DNA of 64,000 nucleotides from Pseudomonadota bacterium (GCA_018830485.1 JAHJRQ010000002.1:13211-77210), one strand, 5' to 3'. Shown: positions 29,701 to 39,944, counted from the first letter of the stretch. Translations and numbers: made by a program. The notes: generated by a model not told the origin, from the sequence alone.

Positions 29701-30327
29701 GGTGGCGACCAGCGGGATGCCCATCTCCTTGGAAAGCTCCTTGAGCCCCTGGTTGACCACCGTCTGTTCCGGGATATTGTTTTCCTGCATCTCCAGATAG
29801 AGGCGGTCGCCGAACAGGGCCATGAGCTGGCGAGCCTCTTCCCGGGCGCCTTCCATGTCGCCGGCGGTGATGCGCATGGGGATGCCGCCGTGCAGGCAGG
29901 CGGTGAGGGCGATGAGCCCTTCGGCATGGGCCTCCAGCACCTCCAGGTCGATGCGCGGCTTGTAGTGGAACCCCTCCAATTGGGCCAGGCTGGCCAGCTT
30001 GAGCAGGTTCTGGTAGCCGGTATTGTCCATGGCCAGGAGCACGAGGTGGAAGGCGGCCTTACCCGCGCTTTTTGCCGACTTGTCGAAGCGGTGGCTGGGG
30101 GAGACATAAAACTCGCAGCCGATGATGGGCTTGATTCCGGCCTTTTTGGCCTGGACGTAGAACTCCAGCGCCCCGAACATGGAGCCGTGGTCGGTGATGG
30201 CCACGGCGTCCATCCCGTATTCCTTGCACTTGGCCAGCAGGTCGCCGACCCGGATGGCGCCGTCGAGCAGGCTGTACTGGGTGTGGACGTGGAGGTGGAC
30301 GAAATTGGCTGGCGGGGTTTCCGACAT
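26782..30327 (-). CDS. dnaE: DNA polymerase III alpha subunit
   Basis: 1181 aa. PHP domain start FVHLHVHTQYSLLDGA, the polymerase core (GPGRGSGAGSLVAY-like, PDFDVDF) and an OB fold. The length is typical. Confidence 0.97.
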   Translation of the reverse strand: MSETPPANFVHLHVHTQYSLLDGAIRVGDLLAKCKEYGMDAVAITDHGSMFGALEFYVQAKKAGIKPIIGCEFYVSPSHRFDKSAKSAGKAAFHLVLLAMDNTGYQNLLKLASLAQLEGFHYKPRIDLEVLEAHAEGLIALTACLHGGIPMRITAGDMEGAREEARQLMALFGDRLYLEMQENNIPEQTVVNQGLKELSKEMGIPLVATNDCHYLNREEAQAHEVLLCIQTGKTMHDASRFRFSTDELFFKSPDEMKRGFAHSPEAIAETVRLAERCNVELSFGESHFPIFPVPEGETLDSLFEKSALAGLEERFNDMREIGELTPEIEKTYRDRLTHEIDVIIKMGFPGYFLIVADFINWAKDHDIPVGPGRGSGAGSLAAYSLRITDIDPIPYGLIFERFLNIERKSMPDFDVDFCQERRGEVIEYVHQRYGGEAHVAQIVTYGSMKARAVIRDVGRALGMAYGDVDRIAKLIPEELKITIKKAIEAEARLQELIKRDPQVEELLRIAQTLEGLNRHTSIHAAGVVISPRPMVEYLPVCKGPKGEVLTQYDMIHTEMTGLIKFDFLGLKTLTVIDRALKLIAADIGHKPDINRIPLDDTKTYDLLAKGDALGIFQLESSGMRGLLMKMKPEVFSDLIALVALYRPGPLESGMVDQFVDTKHGRMQAIYPLPQLEPILKETYGVIVYQEQVMKIANVLAGYSLGDADNLRRAMGKKKAEVMEAEKEKFLAGAKKNSIPADKAEYVFDLMAKFAGYGFNKSHSAAYALIAYQTAWLKAHYPAQFMAALLSCDVGNTDKVVRYITECRDHEIEVLPPDINESDKDFAVVNDRIRFGLAAVKNVGGAALDSIMEVRAADGPYGGLEDFCDRVDSRKVNRRVIESLIKAGAFDSLGAKRSQLFAILDMAMEQAQSAQRDRLSGQISLFSAMPQTQGSKANAIDLPNIPEWTEKERLGFEKETVGFYLTGHPLDNFHQEIMAVADTDLTGLGDWGDNQPVRVGGLVREYKDHRSKKGDRMAFIVLEDRAGAAEVVVFPEAFAKSGHLLNSDEPLIVLGTVKQEEQGAKIIAESVDSLSEARSKYTNGARILLKSDQVSRQKLEYLKTKVREFHGTCPVSLTLHFTGRGEVDIEPPSDFTVRPCKEFDAAVEGLLGYAAVMYLKTKAEIQPRNGGKGGRWRQSGQG

Positions 30328-30406
30328 GGGTAGTTCCAGGTAAATTTTAAAAGGTTAAGCCAACGGCAATAGGGTGCAACTAAGAAAAAATGGAGCGGTG
30401 CAGGGT

Positions 30407-31204
30407 TTAGGTCGCGCCAAAAAACTGCATCCGGTCCATGGCGGCCAGGCTTTCCCACAGATCATCCTCGGTGTGGGGCTCCAGGGTGACCAGGGGCTGC
30501 AACCGCTGCGCCTTAAGATAGCCGAACAGGCCGGAAAAATCAAAACTCCCCCGGCCCGGGGCAAGGTGAGCGTCCCGGTCGCCGTGGTTGTCGTGCAGAT
30601 GGATATGGCCGAGCCAGGGGGTCAGGGCGGGCAGCCAGTCCTGCAAGGTGTTTTTGGAAAAGGCCGAAACATGGCCCACGTCGAGGCAGAATCTGGCCAG
30701 GGGCGAGTTCAGGGCGGCGAGCATTTTGGCATGTTGCTCCGGCCCGGTTTCATAGGTGTTTTCCAGCATCAGCGGAACCTGATGCGCGGCGGCTTTTGCC
30801 AGCAGTGCCTGCCAGGTTGCGAGGGAGGTGTTGAACCAGGCAGCCTGTTTGTAGCCGTGTTTGTTTTCTTCGTAGTTCAGGTGGCAGACCACCGCCGCCG
30901 GACGGAATATCTCGATGAGGTCAAAACCCTTGCCCAGCTTGGTACGGGTGGCTGCCAGAATATGCTCATCCAGAGCGCCCGGAGCGAGATCGAAAAAAGG
31001 GGCGTGCAGGGTGCAGCCAAGCCCGGCACGAGCCAGTGCCTCGGCAACCTCCCGGTATTCGGCCTCGGTGGCGGTGTAGAGCGTATCGCCTTCCAAGCTG
31101 ATTTCCGGCTGGAAACGGTGGGCGAGAACAGCGTCCAGCTCCCGCTGGAGCCGGCGAAACGGAAAATTGATAAAACAGCGCGAGGTGATATGTTTGTAGT
31201 TCAT
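30407..31204 (-). CDS. xylose-isomerase-like TIM-barrel protein (sugar phosphate isomerase/epimerase family)
   Basis: 265 aa. HAPF, LENT, CLDVGH and HLHDN metal-ligand pattern of the AP-endonuclease-2/TIM-barrel family. Confidence 0.65.
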   Translation of the reverse strand: MNYKHITSRCFINFPFRRLQRELDAVLAHRFQPEISLEGDTLYTATEAEYREVAEALARAGLGCTLHAPFFDLAPGALDEHILAATRTKLGKGFDLIEIFRPAAVVCHLNYEENKHGYKQAAWFNTSLATWQALLAKAAAHQVPLMLENTYETGPEQHAKMLAALNSPLARFCLDVGHVSAFSKNTLQDWLPALTPWLGHIHLHDNHGDRDAHLAPGRGSFDFSGLFGYLKAQRLQPLVTLEPHTEDDLWESLAAMDRMQFFGAT

Positions 31205-31265
31205 GGGGCTGAAAGCCGAGTTCTGAGTCCTGAGTTCCGAGTGCGGATCTTTTTCTCAGCACTCA

Positions 31266-31445
31266 CTACTCAGCACTTTCTGTTAATTTCTTGGCCTCGT
31301 CAATGAGCATGATGGGGATATCTTCGCGGATCTCATAGAGAAGCTTGCAGCTCTCGCAGACCAGGCCGTCTTTTGTTTCGGTGAGCTTTACCTCTCCCTT
31401 GCATTTGGGGCAGGCAAGGATATCTAGCAGTTCCTGGCTGATCAT
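31266..31445 (-). CDS. Trm112-family zinc-ribbon protein
   Basis: 59 aa from MISQELLDILACPKCKG.....L.C..C...Y.I.D.IP.ML..EA. The listed longer ORF was trimmed to this ATG. Confidence 0.8.
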   Translation of the reverse strand: MISQELLDILACPKCKGEVKLTETKDGLVCESCKLLYEIREDIPIMLIDEAKKLTESAE

Positions 31446-31677
31446 GGCACGGCTCCGGCTGATGGTAATCGAGGGGGTGTGGTTGTTCTTCGCGGCGAAC
31501 AACACGGGGCGTCGGCACTCTTCATAAAACTTTCTATTTCTTGCAAAATGCGCTAGGATATCGGACCTTTTCAGGTGGCCGGATAATGCTGGCCAGATCC
31601 TGTGTGAAGATAAAATGACCCGCCAAGAAAAGCAAGCCTTTCCGTTGGCGTGGTGTTTGCTTGGGAGAAGAGCGAAA

Positions 31678-32556
31678 GTGAAGGGAATAATCCTGGCAGG
31701 TGGCTCCGGTACGCGGCTCTATCCGTTGACCCGTTCGGTGAGCAAGCAACTGTTGCCGGTCTATGACAAGCCCATGATTTATTACCCCCTGTCCACCCTC
31801 ATGCTGGCTGGGATTCGGGAGGTTTTGCTCATCACCACCCCCGAGGATCAAGGGCAGTTCATGGAGCTATTGGGCGATGGCCGTCAGTGGGGCATTACTT
31901 TGGAGTATGCGGTGCAGCCCAGGCCCGAGGGCATTGCCCAGGCCTTTGTGATCGGGGAGAAGTTTATTGCCAACGAGCCGGTCTGCCTCATTCTTGGGGA
32001 TAATATCTTCTATGGGCACGGTCTCGCCAAGACCCTTCTGGATAAAGGGGCCGATCCGCAAGGCGGGATGGTTTTCGGCTACTATGTGCGTGATCCCGAG
32101 CGCTATGGGGTGATCTCCTTTGCTCCGGACCGCACCGTGCTTGATATCGAGGAAAAGCCGGCCAATCCCAGGTCCCGCTACGCCGTGACCGGCCTCTATT
32201 TCTACGATAGCCAGGTGGTGGAGATTGCCCGAAATCTTAAGCCTTCGGCCCGGGGAGAGCTGGAGATAACCGATGTCAACCGCGCCTATCTTGCCAAGGG
32301 ACAACTGCAGGTTGAACTCCTGGGGCGGGGCACGGCCTGGCTCGACACCGGCACCCATAATTCCCTGCTCGATGCGGCCAACTTCATCAAGGTCGTGGAA
32401 GACCGGCAGGGGCTGAAGATCGCCTGTCTCGAGGAAATCGCTTTCCGGATGGGCTATATCGATGGCAAGCAGTTGGCGCGGCTGGCCGAGCCCCTTAAGA
32501 AAAACGGCTATGGCCAGTATCTGTTGCAGATTCTCGATGAGGGCCCGGTACGATGA
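31678..32556 (+). CDS. rfbA: glucose-1-phosphate thymidylyltransferase
   Basis: GTG 31678 after [25 protein letters not shown]...[25 protein letters not shown]. Confidence 0.95.
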   Translation: MKGIILAGGSGTRLYPLTRSVSKQLLPVYDKPMIYYPLSTLMLAGIREVLLITTPEDQGQFMELLGDGRQWGITLEYAVQPRPEGIAQAFVIGEKFIANEPVCLILGDNIFYGHGLAKTLLDKGADPQGGMVFGYYVRDPERYGVISFAPDRTVLDIEEKPANPRSRYAVTGLYFYDSQVVEIARNLKPSARGELEITDVNRAYLAKGQLQVELLGRGTAWLDTGTHNSLLDAANFIKVVEDRQGLKIACLEEIAFRMGYIDGKQLARLAEPLKKNGYGQYLLQILDEGPVR

Positions 32557-33098
32557 GGTTCGTGCCCTCCGAGGTTCCCGGGGTGTTGCTCGTCGAACCC
32601 CAGGTTTTTGGGGATAGTCGCGGATTTTTCATGGAGACCTGGCATGCCGGGAAGTTTGCCGCGGCCGGGCTTGATTGTAGTTTTGTCCAGGACAACCACA
32701 GCAAGTCCGTGCAGGGAACCCTGCGCGGGCTGCACTACCAGATCAAAAAGCCCCAGGGCAAGCTGGTGCGGGTGATCAGCGGCGAGGTGTTTGACGTGGC
32801 CGTGGATTTGCGGAAAAGCTCTCCTTTTTTCGGCCGATGGGTCGGCGAGATTCTCTCCGCGGAAAACAAGAAGATGCTCTGGGTGCCGCCGGGATTTGGC
32901 CATGGCTTTTACGTGTTGAGCCCCGAGGCCGAATTTGTGTACAAGTGCACGGAATTCTATGCCCCGGAAGATGAACGTTGCATCCGTTGGGATGATCCCG
33001 AGTTGGCTATCGCCTGGCCGTTGCTGGGGCAGCCCCCCCTGCTTTCGGCCAAGGATCTGGCAGGGGTCTCGCTGGCCGAGGCGGAGTTGTATCCATGA
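32553..33098 (+). CDS. rfbC: dTDP-4-dehydrorhamnose 3,5-epimerase
   Basis: 181 aa. F.D.RG.F.E......F......F.Q.N.S.S..G.LRGLH.Q. 4-nt overlap with rfbA. Confidence 0.95.
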   Translation: MRFVPSEVPGVLLVEPQVFGDSRGFFMETWHAGKFAAAGLDCSFVQDNHSKSVQGTLRGLHYQIKKPQGKLVRVISGEVFDVAVDLRKSSPFFGRWVGEILSAENKKMLWVPPGFGHGFYVLSPEAEFVYKCTEFYAPEDERCIRWDDPELAIAWPLLGQPPLLSAKDLAGVSLAEAELYP

Positions 33099-33970
33099 GG
33101 GTTTTGCTTGTCGGCGGCAATGGCCAGTTGGGCAGGGAGCTGCAGCACTGCAAACCGGCCGACGTGGAGATGCTGGCCTTGGGTTCCGCTGATCTGGAAC
33201 TTCGGGAGGCCGAAGCTGTGGCGGCCAAGGTGTGCGGATTCCGGCCCCGGGTGATCATCAATGCCGCCGCCTATACCGCAGTGGACCTAGCGGAAAGCGA
33301 GCGGGAAGCAGCCTTTGGTGTCAACGGTCAGGGCGCGGCAAACCTGGCCCAGGCGGCCGGTGCGGCGGGGGCATATTGCCTGCAGGTGTCCACGGATTTT
33401 GTTTTTGACGGAACGCAATCCCGCCCCTATCTGCCCACGGACCGGACAAACCCCTTGGGGGTCTACGGGGCCAGCAAACTGGCCGGCGAGCAGTTGGCTC
33501 TGGCGGCCTACCCGGAAGGGGTGGCCATTGTCCGCACCGCCTGGCTCTATTCCGCTTGTGGCAATAATTTTGTCACCACCATGCTGCGGCTCATGGGAGA
33601 CCGGGAAACCATAGGGGTGGTGGCGGATCAGGTCGGCACTCCGACCTGGGCACGCGGCCTGGCCGAGGCCCTCTGGCAGATGTGCCGGGTGCAGCCAAAG
33701 GGCATCTATCACTGGACCGATGCCGGGGTGGCCAGTTGGTATGATTTTGCCGTGGCCGTCCAGGAAGAAGGCTTTTCCTGTGGGCTGCTTGACCGGGTGA
33801 TTCCCATTCTGCCCATCAATACCGTAGATTATCCGACTCCGGCCAAGCGACCGGCCTACAGTGTGCTGGACAAGGCCGGGACCTGGGCTGTTCTTGGGAT
33901 GACGCCCTGCCATTGGCGGGTTGCCCTGCGGCGGATGTTGCATGAATACAAGGAGAATCGTGGTGCATGA
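33095..33970 (+). CDS. rfbD: dTDP-4-dehydrorhamnose reductase
   Basis: 291 aa. GG.GQLG..L, NAAAYTAVD.AE, STD.VFDG, YG.SKL.GE. Confidence 0.9.
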   Translation: MRVLLVGGNGQLGRELQHCKPADVEMLALGSADLELREAEAVAAKVCGFRPRVIINAAAYTAVDLAESEREAAFGVNGQGAANLAQAAGAAGAYCLQVSTDFVFDGTQSRPYLPTDRTNPLGVYGASKLAGEQLALAAYPEGVAIVRTAWLYSACGNNFVTTMLRLMGDRETIGVVADQVGTPTWARGLAEALWQMCRVQPKGIYHWTDAGVASWYDFAVAVQEEGFSCGLLDRVIPILPINTVDYPTPAKRPAYSVLDKAGTWAVLGMTPCHWRVALRRMLHEYKENRGA

Positions 33971-35111
33971 AGCTGAGTTGAGCAGCTCGTCTGCTCAAAC
34001 GAAACCTATACCCCCTGGGCGCAAGCTGCTGGTTACCGGCGGGGCAGGTTTTATAGGGGCCAATTTTTCCCATTACTGGCTGGCCCAGTATCCCCAGGAC
34101 CGGCTGGTGGTGCTCGATGCCCTGACCTATGCCGGGAACATGGCCAGCCTGGCCGGTTGTCTGGAGCAGGAGAACTTCCGCTTTGTCCACGGCGACATCG
34201 GGGATCAGGACCTGGTCGAGACCCTGCTGGCAGAAGAAGGGCTTGACACGGTGGTCAATTTCGCCGCCGAATCCCATGTGGACCGTTCCATCCATGGCCC
34301 GGATCCCTTCGTGACCACCAACGTGGTCGGCACCCACAGCCTGCTCAAGGCCGTGAAAAAGGTCTGGCTGGACGGGGGCGGGCGGCCGCACCGGTTTCAC
34401 CACGTTTCCACCGATGAGGTTTATGGCTCGTTGAAACCGGAGGAGCCGCCCTTTACGGAAACCTCTGCCTATGCACCCAACTCACCCTATTCGGCGAGCA
34501 AGGCGGCCTCGGACCATCTGGTGCGGGCCTATCACCACACCTACGGGTTGGAAGTCACCACCAGCAACTGCTCCAACAACTACGGCCCCTACCAGTTTCC
34601 GGAAAAGCTGATCCCGCTGATTATCCTCAATATCCTGGAGGCCAAACCGCTGCCCATTTACGGCGACGGCCTGAATATCCGCGACTGGCTCTATGTGGAG
34701 GATCATTGCCGGGGCATCGACCTGGTTTTGCGCAAGGGCAGGGTCGGGGAGGTGTACAATATCGGGGGCAACAACGAGTGGCGCAATATCGAGATTGTCC
34801 GGCTGGTCTGCAGTCTGGTGGACGAACGGCTTGCCGCTTCCGAGAGCCTGCGGCAGCGTTTTCCGCGCTCTCCGGTCTGCCAGGGCCACACGGCGGAATC
34901 ACTTATCACCTTTGTTAAAGACCGGCCCGGCCATGATCGGCGTTACGCCATCGATGCCGCGAAAGGCCGGAGCGAGTTGGGCTATATTCCTTTGGAGTCC
35001 TTTGAAACCGGCATCCGAAAGACCATTGACTGGTATCTGGCTAACGAGGCATGGTGGCGGGGCGTGATGAACGGCAGCTATCGGGATTGGCTGGAAAAGC
35101 AGTATGACTAG
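33942..35111 (+). CDS. rfbB: dTDP-glucose 4,6-dehydratase
   Basis: LVTGGAGFIGANF, DALTYAGN, STDEVYG, YSASKAASDHLVRAY, NCSNNYGPYQFPEKLIP. The start is uncertain: ATG 33942, or GTG 33960/33963 after AAGGAGA. Confidence 0.9.
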   Translation: MNTRRIVVHEAELSSSSAQTKPIPPGRKLLVTGGAGFIGANFSHYWLAQYPQDRLVVLDALTYAGNMASLAGCLEQENFRFVHGDIGDQDLVETLLAEEGLDTVVNFAAESHVDRSIHGPDPFVTTNVVGTHSLLKAVKKVWLDGGGRPHRFHHVSTDEVYGSLKPEEPPFTETSAYAPNSPYSASKAASDHLVRAYHHTYGLEVTTSNCSNNYGPYQFPEKLIPLIILNILEAKPLPIYGDGLNIRDWLYVEDHCRGIDLVLRKGRVGEVYNIGGNNEWRNIEIVRLVCSLVDERLAASESLRQRFPRSPVCQGHTAESLITFVKDRPGHDRRYAIDAAKGRSELGYIPLESFETGIRKTIDWYLANEAWWRGVMNGSYRDWLEKQYD

Positions 35112-35880
35112 TGCCAAGCTGCCACTCTCCGTGGCCATCATCACCAAGAACGAGGAGGATCGCCTGGCCGAGTGTCTGGCCAGCGTTGCCTTTGCCTCGG
35201 AGGTGGTGGTGGTGGATACGGACAGCACGGACAGGACCGTGGAGATTGCCCGCGAGTTCGGCGCCGCGGTGCATGTCGAGCCCTGGCAGGGGTTTGGCCG
35301 TCAGAAGCAGTTGGCCATTGACCGCTGCCGCCACGACTGGGTGCTGGTGCTGGATGCCGATGAGCGGGTCAGCCCGGAGGCAGAAACGGAGATCAGGGAG
35401 GCTTTGGCCACGGGTTCAAGTGTCGCCTATAGCTTCCCTCGCAAGAATTACTTCTGCGGCCGGTGGCTGAAGCATGCCGGTTGGTGGCCGGACCGGGTTG
35501 TCCGGTTGTTCCGCAAGGATTGCGCCCGGATGTCCGAGCGCTCGGTGCATGAGTCCTTGGAGGCGCATGGCCCGATCGGGGCGCTGCGCCATCCCCTGAT
35601 ACATTATGCCAACAAAGGGTTGGAACAGACCCTGGACAAGGTGAACCACTATTCCTCTGCCGGTGCCGAGGAGCTTTTTGCCCAAGGGAAAAGCGCTTCG
35701 GTGGCCAAGGCGTTGCTGCGGGCTGCCTGGGCTTTTCTGCACGGCTATGTTTTCCGGGGCGGGTTCCTCGACCGGGGCGAAGGCTTTATCATGGCTGTTT
35801 CCGATTTTATGAACGTATTTTTCAAGTATGCCAAGCTGCGCGAGTTGCAGAGGCAAAAAGAAAAAGATTCGTTGTCCTGA
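35104..35880 (+). CDS. GT2 LPS-core glycosyltransferase (WaaE/KdtX-like)
   Basis: LSVAIITKNEEDRLAECLASV.FA.EVVVVD..STDRTVEIA, GFG.Q...A......DWVL.LDADE. Confidence 0.8.
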   Translation: MTSAKLPLSVAIITKNEEDRLAECLASVAFASEVVVVDTDSTDRTVEIAREFGAAVHVEPWQGFGRQKQLAIDRCRHDWVLVLDADERVSPEAETEIREALATGSSVAYSFPRKNYFCGRWLKHAGWWPDRVVRLFRKDCARMSERSVHESLEAHGPIGALRHPLIHYANKGLEQTLDKVNHYSSAGAEELFAQGKSASVAKALLRAAWAFLHGYVFRGGFLDRGEGFIMAVSDFMNVFFKYAKLRELQRQKEKDSLS

Positions 35881-35890
35881 TGCCGATTCC

Positions 35891-36958
35891 GTGAATATCC
35901 TCATTGTCAAAACCAGCGCCATCGGCGATGTCATCCATACCCTTCCTGCCCTGAATGCCCTGCGCCGCAAATATCCGGAAGCCCGGATCGATTGGCTGGT
36001 GGAGGAGGCTGCGGCGGATCTGGTTATCGGTCATAAGGCCCTTGATACCGTGCTGGTTTCCCGGCGCAAGGCCTGGGCCCGGGACTTGAAACAGGGCAGG
36101 GTGGGGGCAGCCTGGAGGGGCTTTGCCGACTTTGTCAGAGAACTGCGGGCGATAGAATACGACTTGCTCCTTGATTTTCAGGGGCTGCTGAAAAGCGGAA
36201 TTTTCGTCGGGCTGGCCCGGGCCAAAAGAAAGGTCGGTTTCGGCAAAGGCATGGAGCATGCCGAATGCAGCTACCTCTTTCTCAACGAGTCCATCCCGCC
36301 GGTGAGCATGGACCAGCATGCAGCAATCCGGGAATTGTTGCTGCTCAAGGCAATCGGTATTGAAAGCGAGGAGATTGTCTTTGATCTGCCGGTTACCGAT
36401 GAACAGCGGGAAACAATAGGGCATTTGCTTGCGGATGAAGGAATCGACCCGGCCAAGCCCCTGGTGGCGATCAACCCCATGACCACCTGGGAAACCAAGC
36501 ACTGGCGCAATGACCGTTTTGCCCGGGTTGCGGACGCCCTGCTTGACAAGGGCATGGCGGTTGTTTTCAGCGGTGGCCCGCAGGACGTGCGGGGCATCGA
36601 AGATATCCGCGCCGCCATGAGCGGCAAAGCCGCGAGCCTGGCCGGCAGGACAACCCTGAAAGAATTGGCCGCGCTCTATGAAAAGGTGGCTGTGCTCATT
36701 ACCACCGACACCGGCCCCATGCATCTTGCCGCCGCAACAGGCGCGCCGGTGGTCGCCCTGTTCGGGCCGACCGCACCCTGGCGGACCGGGCCTTTCGGTG
36801 AGGGGCACAGGATTCTGCGGGCGGATATTGGTTGCAGTCCCTGTCTGAAGAGGCAGTGCGACCGCGATCATGCCTGCATGACCCGGATCACCGTGGATCA
36901 GGTAGTGCAGGCGGCCCAGGCTGTCTTGGCTGGGCGACAACCTCAGCAAAAAGATTAA
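35891..36958 (+). CDS. waaC: ADP-heptose:LPS heptosyltransferase I (GT9)
   Basis: GTG 35891. ILIVKTSAIGDVIHTLPAL.......P.A.IDWLVEE closely parallels E. coli WaaC. C-terminal TTDTGPMHLAAA.G.P.V.LFGPT. Confidence 0.8.
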   Translation: MNILIVKTSAIGDVIHTLPALNALRRKYPEARIDWLVEEAAADLVIGHKALDTVLVSRRKAWARDLKQGRVGAAWRGFADFVRELRAIEYDLLLDFQGLLKSGIFVGLARAKRKVGFGKGMEHAECSYLFLNESIPPVSMDQHAAIRELLLLKAIGIESEEIVFDLPVTDEQRETIGHLLADEGIDPAKPLVAINPMTTWETKHWRNDRFARVADALLDKGMAVVFSGGPQDVRGIEDIRAAMSGKAASLAGRTTLKELAALYEKVAVLITTDTGPMHLAAATGAPVVALFGPTAPWRTGPFGEGHRILRADIGCSPCLKRQCDRDHACMTRITVDQVVQAAQAVLAGRQPQQKD

Positions 36959-37072
36959 GGGAACTTTGCACAATTCGTCACACCGGTGAAAGCCGGTATG
37001 ACGGAAAACATATTCGAGACGATTTTTTCAAGGTTTCCTTAAAATAAAACATTGAGAGCTGGGGCCGACTTT

Positions 37073-37831
37073 ATGAGGTATTGGAATTTAATAAGGAATT
37101 TGTCAAACTGGTGGCTGCATTTTGCCGTAAAGTTTCGCCTGACCGAGGCGGACCCCTTAATTTTTAAGGCTCGTAATGGAATCACCATTGAAACCCCGAG
37201 AAGGCTTTTGCACGAATTTAAAGAGATTTTCCTGGAAAATGCTTATTTCTCCGGTTTCGCGACCTCTTTGCCGCGAAACCCTACGATTATAGATATCGGA
37301 GCGAATGCCGGATTTTTTACGCTTTTTGCCGCCTCCTCGTTTCCCAGGGCAAGCATCTATTCTTTTGAGCCTGTCCCTGAGAATTTCCAGCAGCTTCTGC
37401 GGAATAGGGAGCGAAACAGTCAGGCTGATATTTCCTGCTTTCCTGTGGCTGTTTGCGGGTCTGACGGTGAAATTTTTTTGAATTTTGAGCTGGAAGATAA
37501 TTTTACCACGGCAGCGACAATATTAAACAGCTTAGAGTCCGGCGGTAAAGGGCTCACGGTGCCCTGTGTGTCCTTGGCGACTATTTTTCAAAACAATTCG
37601 CTGGACACCTGTGATTTGTTGAAGCTTGATTGTGAAGGGGCAGAGTTTGAAATCCTCTACAGTTGCCCTCCGGAGACTATCGCCAAAGTGCAGCGACTGG
37701 CCATGGAGGTTCATGCAGGGAAAGAAGAAGGCAATAATATGCAGGCGTTGGCAGCATGGCTGGGCAACCATGGCTTTGCGGTGCGTCACAGAAAACAGAT
37801 GTTGTGGGCTTGGCGTCCCGGGCAACTTTAA
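37073..37831 (+). CDS. FkbM-family methyltransferase
   Basis: IIDIGANAGFFTL...FP.A.IYSFEP.P.NF..L..N and LLKLDCEGAE.E.L motifs. Confidence 0.8.
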   Translation: MRYWNLIRNLSNWWLHFAVKFRLTEADPLIFKARNGITIETPRRLLHEFKEIFLENAYFSGFATSLPRNPTIIDIGANAGFFTLFAASSFPRASIYSFEPVPENFQQLLRNRERNSQADISCFPVAVCGSDGEIFLNFELEDNFTTAATILNSLESGGKGLTVPCVSLATIFQNNSLDTCDLLKLDCEGAEFEILYSCPPETIAKVQRLAMEVHAGKEEGNNMQALAAWLGNHGFAVRHRKQMLWAWRPGQL

Positions 37832-37849
37832 TTGCGGGTGTGAGGTCTG

Positions 37850-38971
37850 ATGTCTGCCCAACCTAAAAAAATTGCGATTGTGGTGCCCAAATACGGCCTG
37901 GTGGGCGGGGGGGAGCGGTTTGTCTTTGAATTGACCGAACGGCTGGCCGAGAATCCGCAATACGATATTCATGTCCTCGCCAACAAGTGGCATTCGCGGA
38001 ATGCGAAAATATCTTTTCATAAAATTCCGATCATTTTTTTCCCTAAGTGGCTCACCACCCTCAGCTTTGCTTTTTTTGTGCAAAAAAAAATAAAGCAATT
38101 GCAGCCGGATATTGTCCACACCCATGATCGTATTTTTAAAGCCGACATCGCCTCGGTACACAGCATTCCCCACTTGGCCTGGGTGAAAAAAATTCGCGGA
38201 AAGAGCTTTCCCAGTCTGTATGATTTGGTTACCGGGTGGGTGGAAAGGCGATTATATGTCAAGGGAGGATGTCAGAAAATTCTTCCGGTTTCGGAGCTTG
38301 CCGCCCAGGAAATCTGTCAAGAATATCCTTTTGTTCGAGAAAAGATGGAGATAATGCCGCCGGGTATTGATTTGGAAAAATTCGGTCGGCGAAGCCCGGA
38401 ATGGCGTGCGCAAGCTCGTCAGGAGTTTGGCGTCAAAGAGGATGATATACTGGTGCTCTTTGTCGGGATGAATTTTGAGCTCAAAGGGCTTGATCAGCTT
38501 CTCGCTTCGATATCCCGCGCCCAGGGAATCATTAAGAAAAAGAGGTTTCGGCTGCTTGTTGCAGGCAAGGGGAATGCGGATAAATACGGGGCTCTTGTTA
38601 AAAAAATAGGCCTTGAGAAAGATGTCTTTTTTGCCGGTGTGCGCAAGGATATGGAGCGCTTGTATCAGGCCGGCGATATTTTCTGCCTGCTGTCGCAGTT
38701 TGATACCTTCGGCATGGTGGTCGTTGAGGCTCTTGCTGCCGGGCTCCCGGTAATTGTCAGTACTCAGGTCGGCGCAAAAGATTTGATTCGGGAGGGAGAA
38801 AACGGGTTCGTGGTCAACCGGCTGGAGGTGGAGAGGATAAGTTCCTTGCTGCTGAGCATGGCAGAAGACAGCGGGCGTGCGCTCATGGCTGAAAAGGCCA
38901 AGGAAAGCGTATCCGGTTGTGGTTGGCAAACTTTGGTGCGAAGGGTTGGGGAGTTGTATGACCGCCTCTGA
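37850..38971 (+). CDS. GT4-family glycosyltransferase
   Basis: 373 aa. C-terminal E..FG.V.VEALA.GLPVI.S...G..D.I..G.NGF.V signature. Confidence 0.8.
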   Translation: MSAQPKKIAIVVPKYGLVGGGERFVFELTERLAENPQYDIHVLANKWHSRNAKISFHKIPIIFFPKWLTTLSFAFFVQKKIKQLQPDIVHTHDRIFKADIASVHSIPHLAWVKKIRGKSFPSLYDLVTGWVERRLYVKGGCQKILPVSELAAQEICQEYPFVREKMEIMPPGIDLEKFGRRSPEWRAQARQEFGVKEDDILVLFVGMNFELKGLDQLLASISRAQGIIKKKRFRLLVAGKGNADKYGALVKKIGLEKDVFFAGVRKDMERLYQAGDIFCLLSQFDTFGMVVVEALAAGLPVIVSTQVGAKDLIREGENGFVVNRLEVERISSLLLSMAEDSGRALMAEKAKESVSGCGWQTLVRRVGELYDRL

Positions 38972-39944
38972 TTGGCCGACGGGAGAAGAAGTGGTGCCGG
39001 GTGTGGTGCTCGACAAGGAGCAAGCGGATCGACTGGATATCTCCATCGTCATCGTGAACTGGAACACCAGGGAGTTGCTGCTGGATTGCCTGGCCTCGGT
39101 GTATGCCATGGCCGGGGATCTGCGCTTCGAGGTTTTCGTGGTGGATAACGCCTCAAGCGATGGCAGCGTTTCCGCGGTGCAGGCCCAGTATCCCCAGGTC
39201 AAAATCATCCAAAACGAGAAAAACCTCGGCTTTGCCGCCGCAAACAATAAGGCCTTGCGGATCATGCAGGGAAAGTATGCGTTGCTGCTTAACACCGACA
39301 CGGTATTGACGGAAGGGGCCATTGCCAAACTTTTTGCATACCTGGAAAACCATGGGGAGGCAGGCATGGCCTGCGGCCAGTTGCTCAACGCGGACGGCTC
39401 CAAGCAGAACTCCATTGCCAATTTCCCGGGTTTGTTGGGCCTGCTCTGCAATGAAACCGTACTGCGGTTGCTGTGGCCGCGAAGATTTCCCAGTAAAAGG
39501 CAGGAATATCGGGCGCCCATTGAGGTGGAATCCTGTATCGGCGCCTGCCTGATGGTGCGCAAGGCGGCCATGGATGCGGTGGGACTGCTGGACGAGCGTT
39601 ATTTTTTCTTCATGGAAGAGACTGACTGGGCTCTGGCCATGCGCAGGGGGGGGTGGAAATCAATTTTTGTCCCTGATGCCCATATTTACCATTTGCAGGG
39701 GCAAAGCGCCGGGCATAATGTCCGGGCCAGGATCATGTTTTACCGGGCCCGGTATCTCTATCTCCGCAAGTGGTTTCCGTACCTCTGGCCGCTCCATGGC
39801 CTGTTGCTTGTGACGCGTCTGCTCATCAATGTCCTGTTGAACGGGCTTGGCCTGATCATGACCCTGGGATTGCATGGGGGTATCCGGGGGAGATTGGCGC
39901 TGTATCTGCAACTGCTTTCATGGCATGTGCGGGGGTGCCCCTGA
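38958..39944 (+). CDS. GT2-family glycosyltransferase
   Basis: ISIVIVNWNT..LL..CL.S........EV.VVDNAS.DGS......YP.V..I.N..NLGFA.ANN. Start at ATG 38958, overlapping the preceding stop. Confidence 0.8.
   Translation: MTASDWPTGEEVVPGVVLDKEQADRLDISIVIVNWNTRELLLDCLASVYAMAGDLRFEVFVVDNASSDGSVSAVQAQYPQVKIIQNEKNLGFAAANNKALRIMQGKYALLLNTDTVLTEGAIAKLFAYLENHGEAGMACGQLLNADGSKQNSIANFPGLLGLLCNETVLRLLWPRRFPSKRQEYRAPIEVESCIGACLMVRKAAMDAVGLLDERYFFFMEETDWALAMRRGGWKSIFVPDAHIYHLQGQSAGHNVRARIMFYRARYLYLRKWFPYLWPLHGLLLVTRLLINVLLNGLGLIMTLGLHGGIRGRLALYLQLLSWHVRGCP

Noticed and set aside
28561-30333. 590-aa plus-strand ORF
   Set aside because: It is antisense to dnaE and shows the same shadow-ORF composition.
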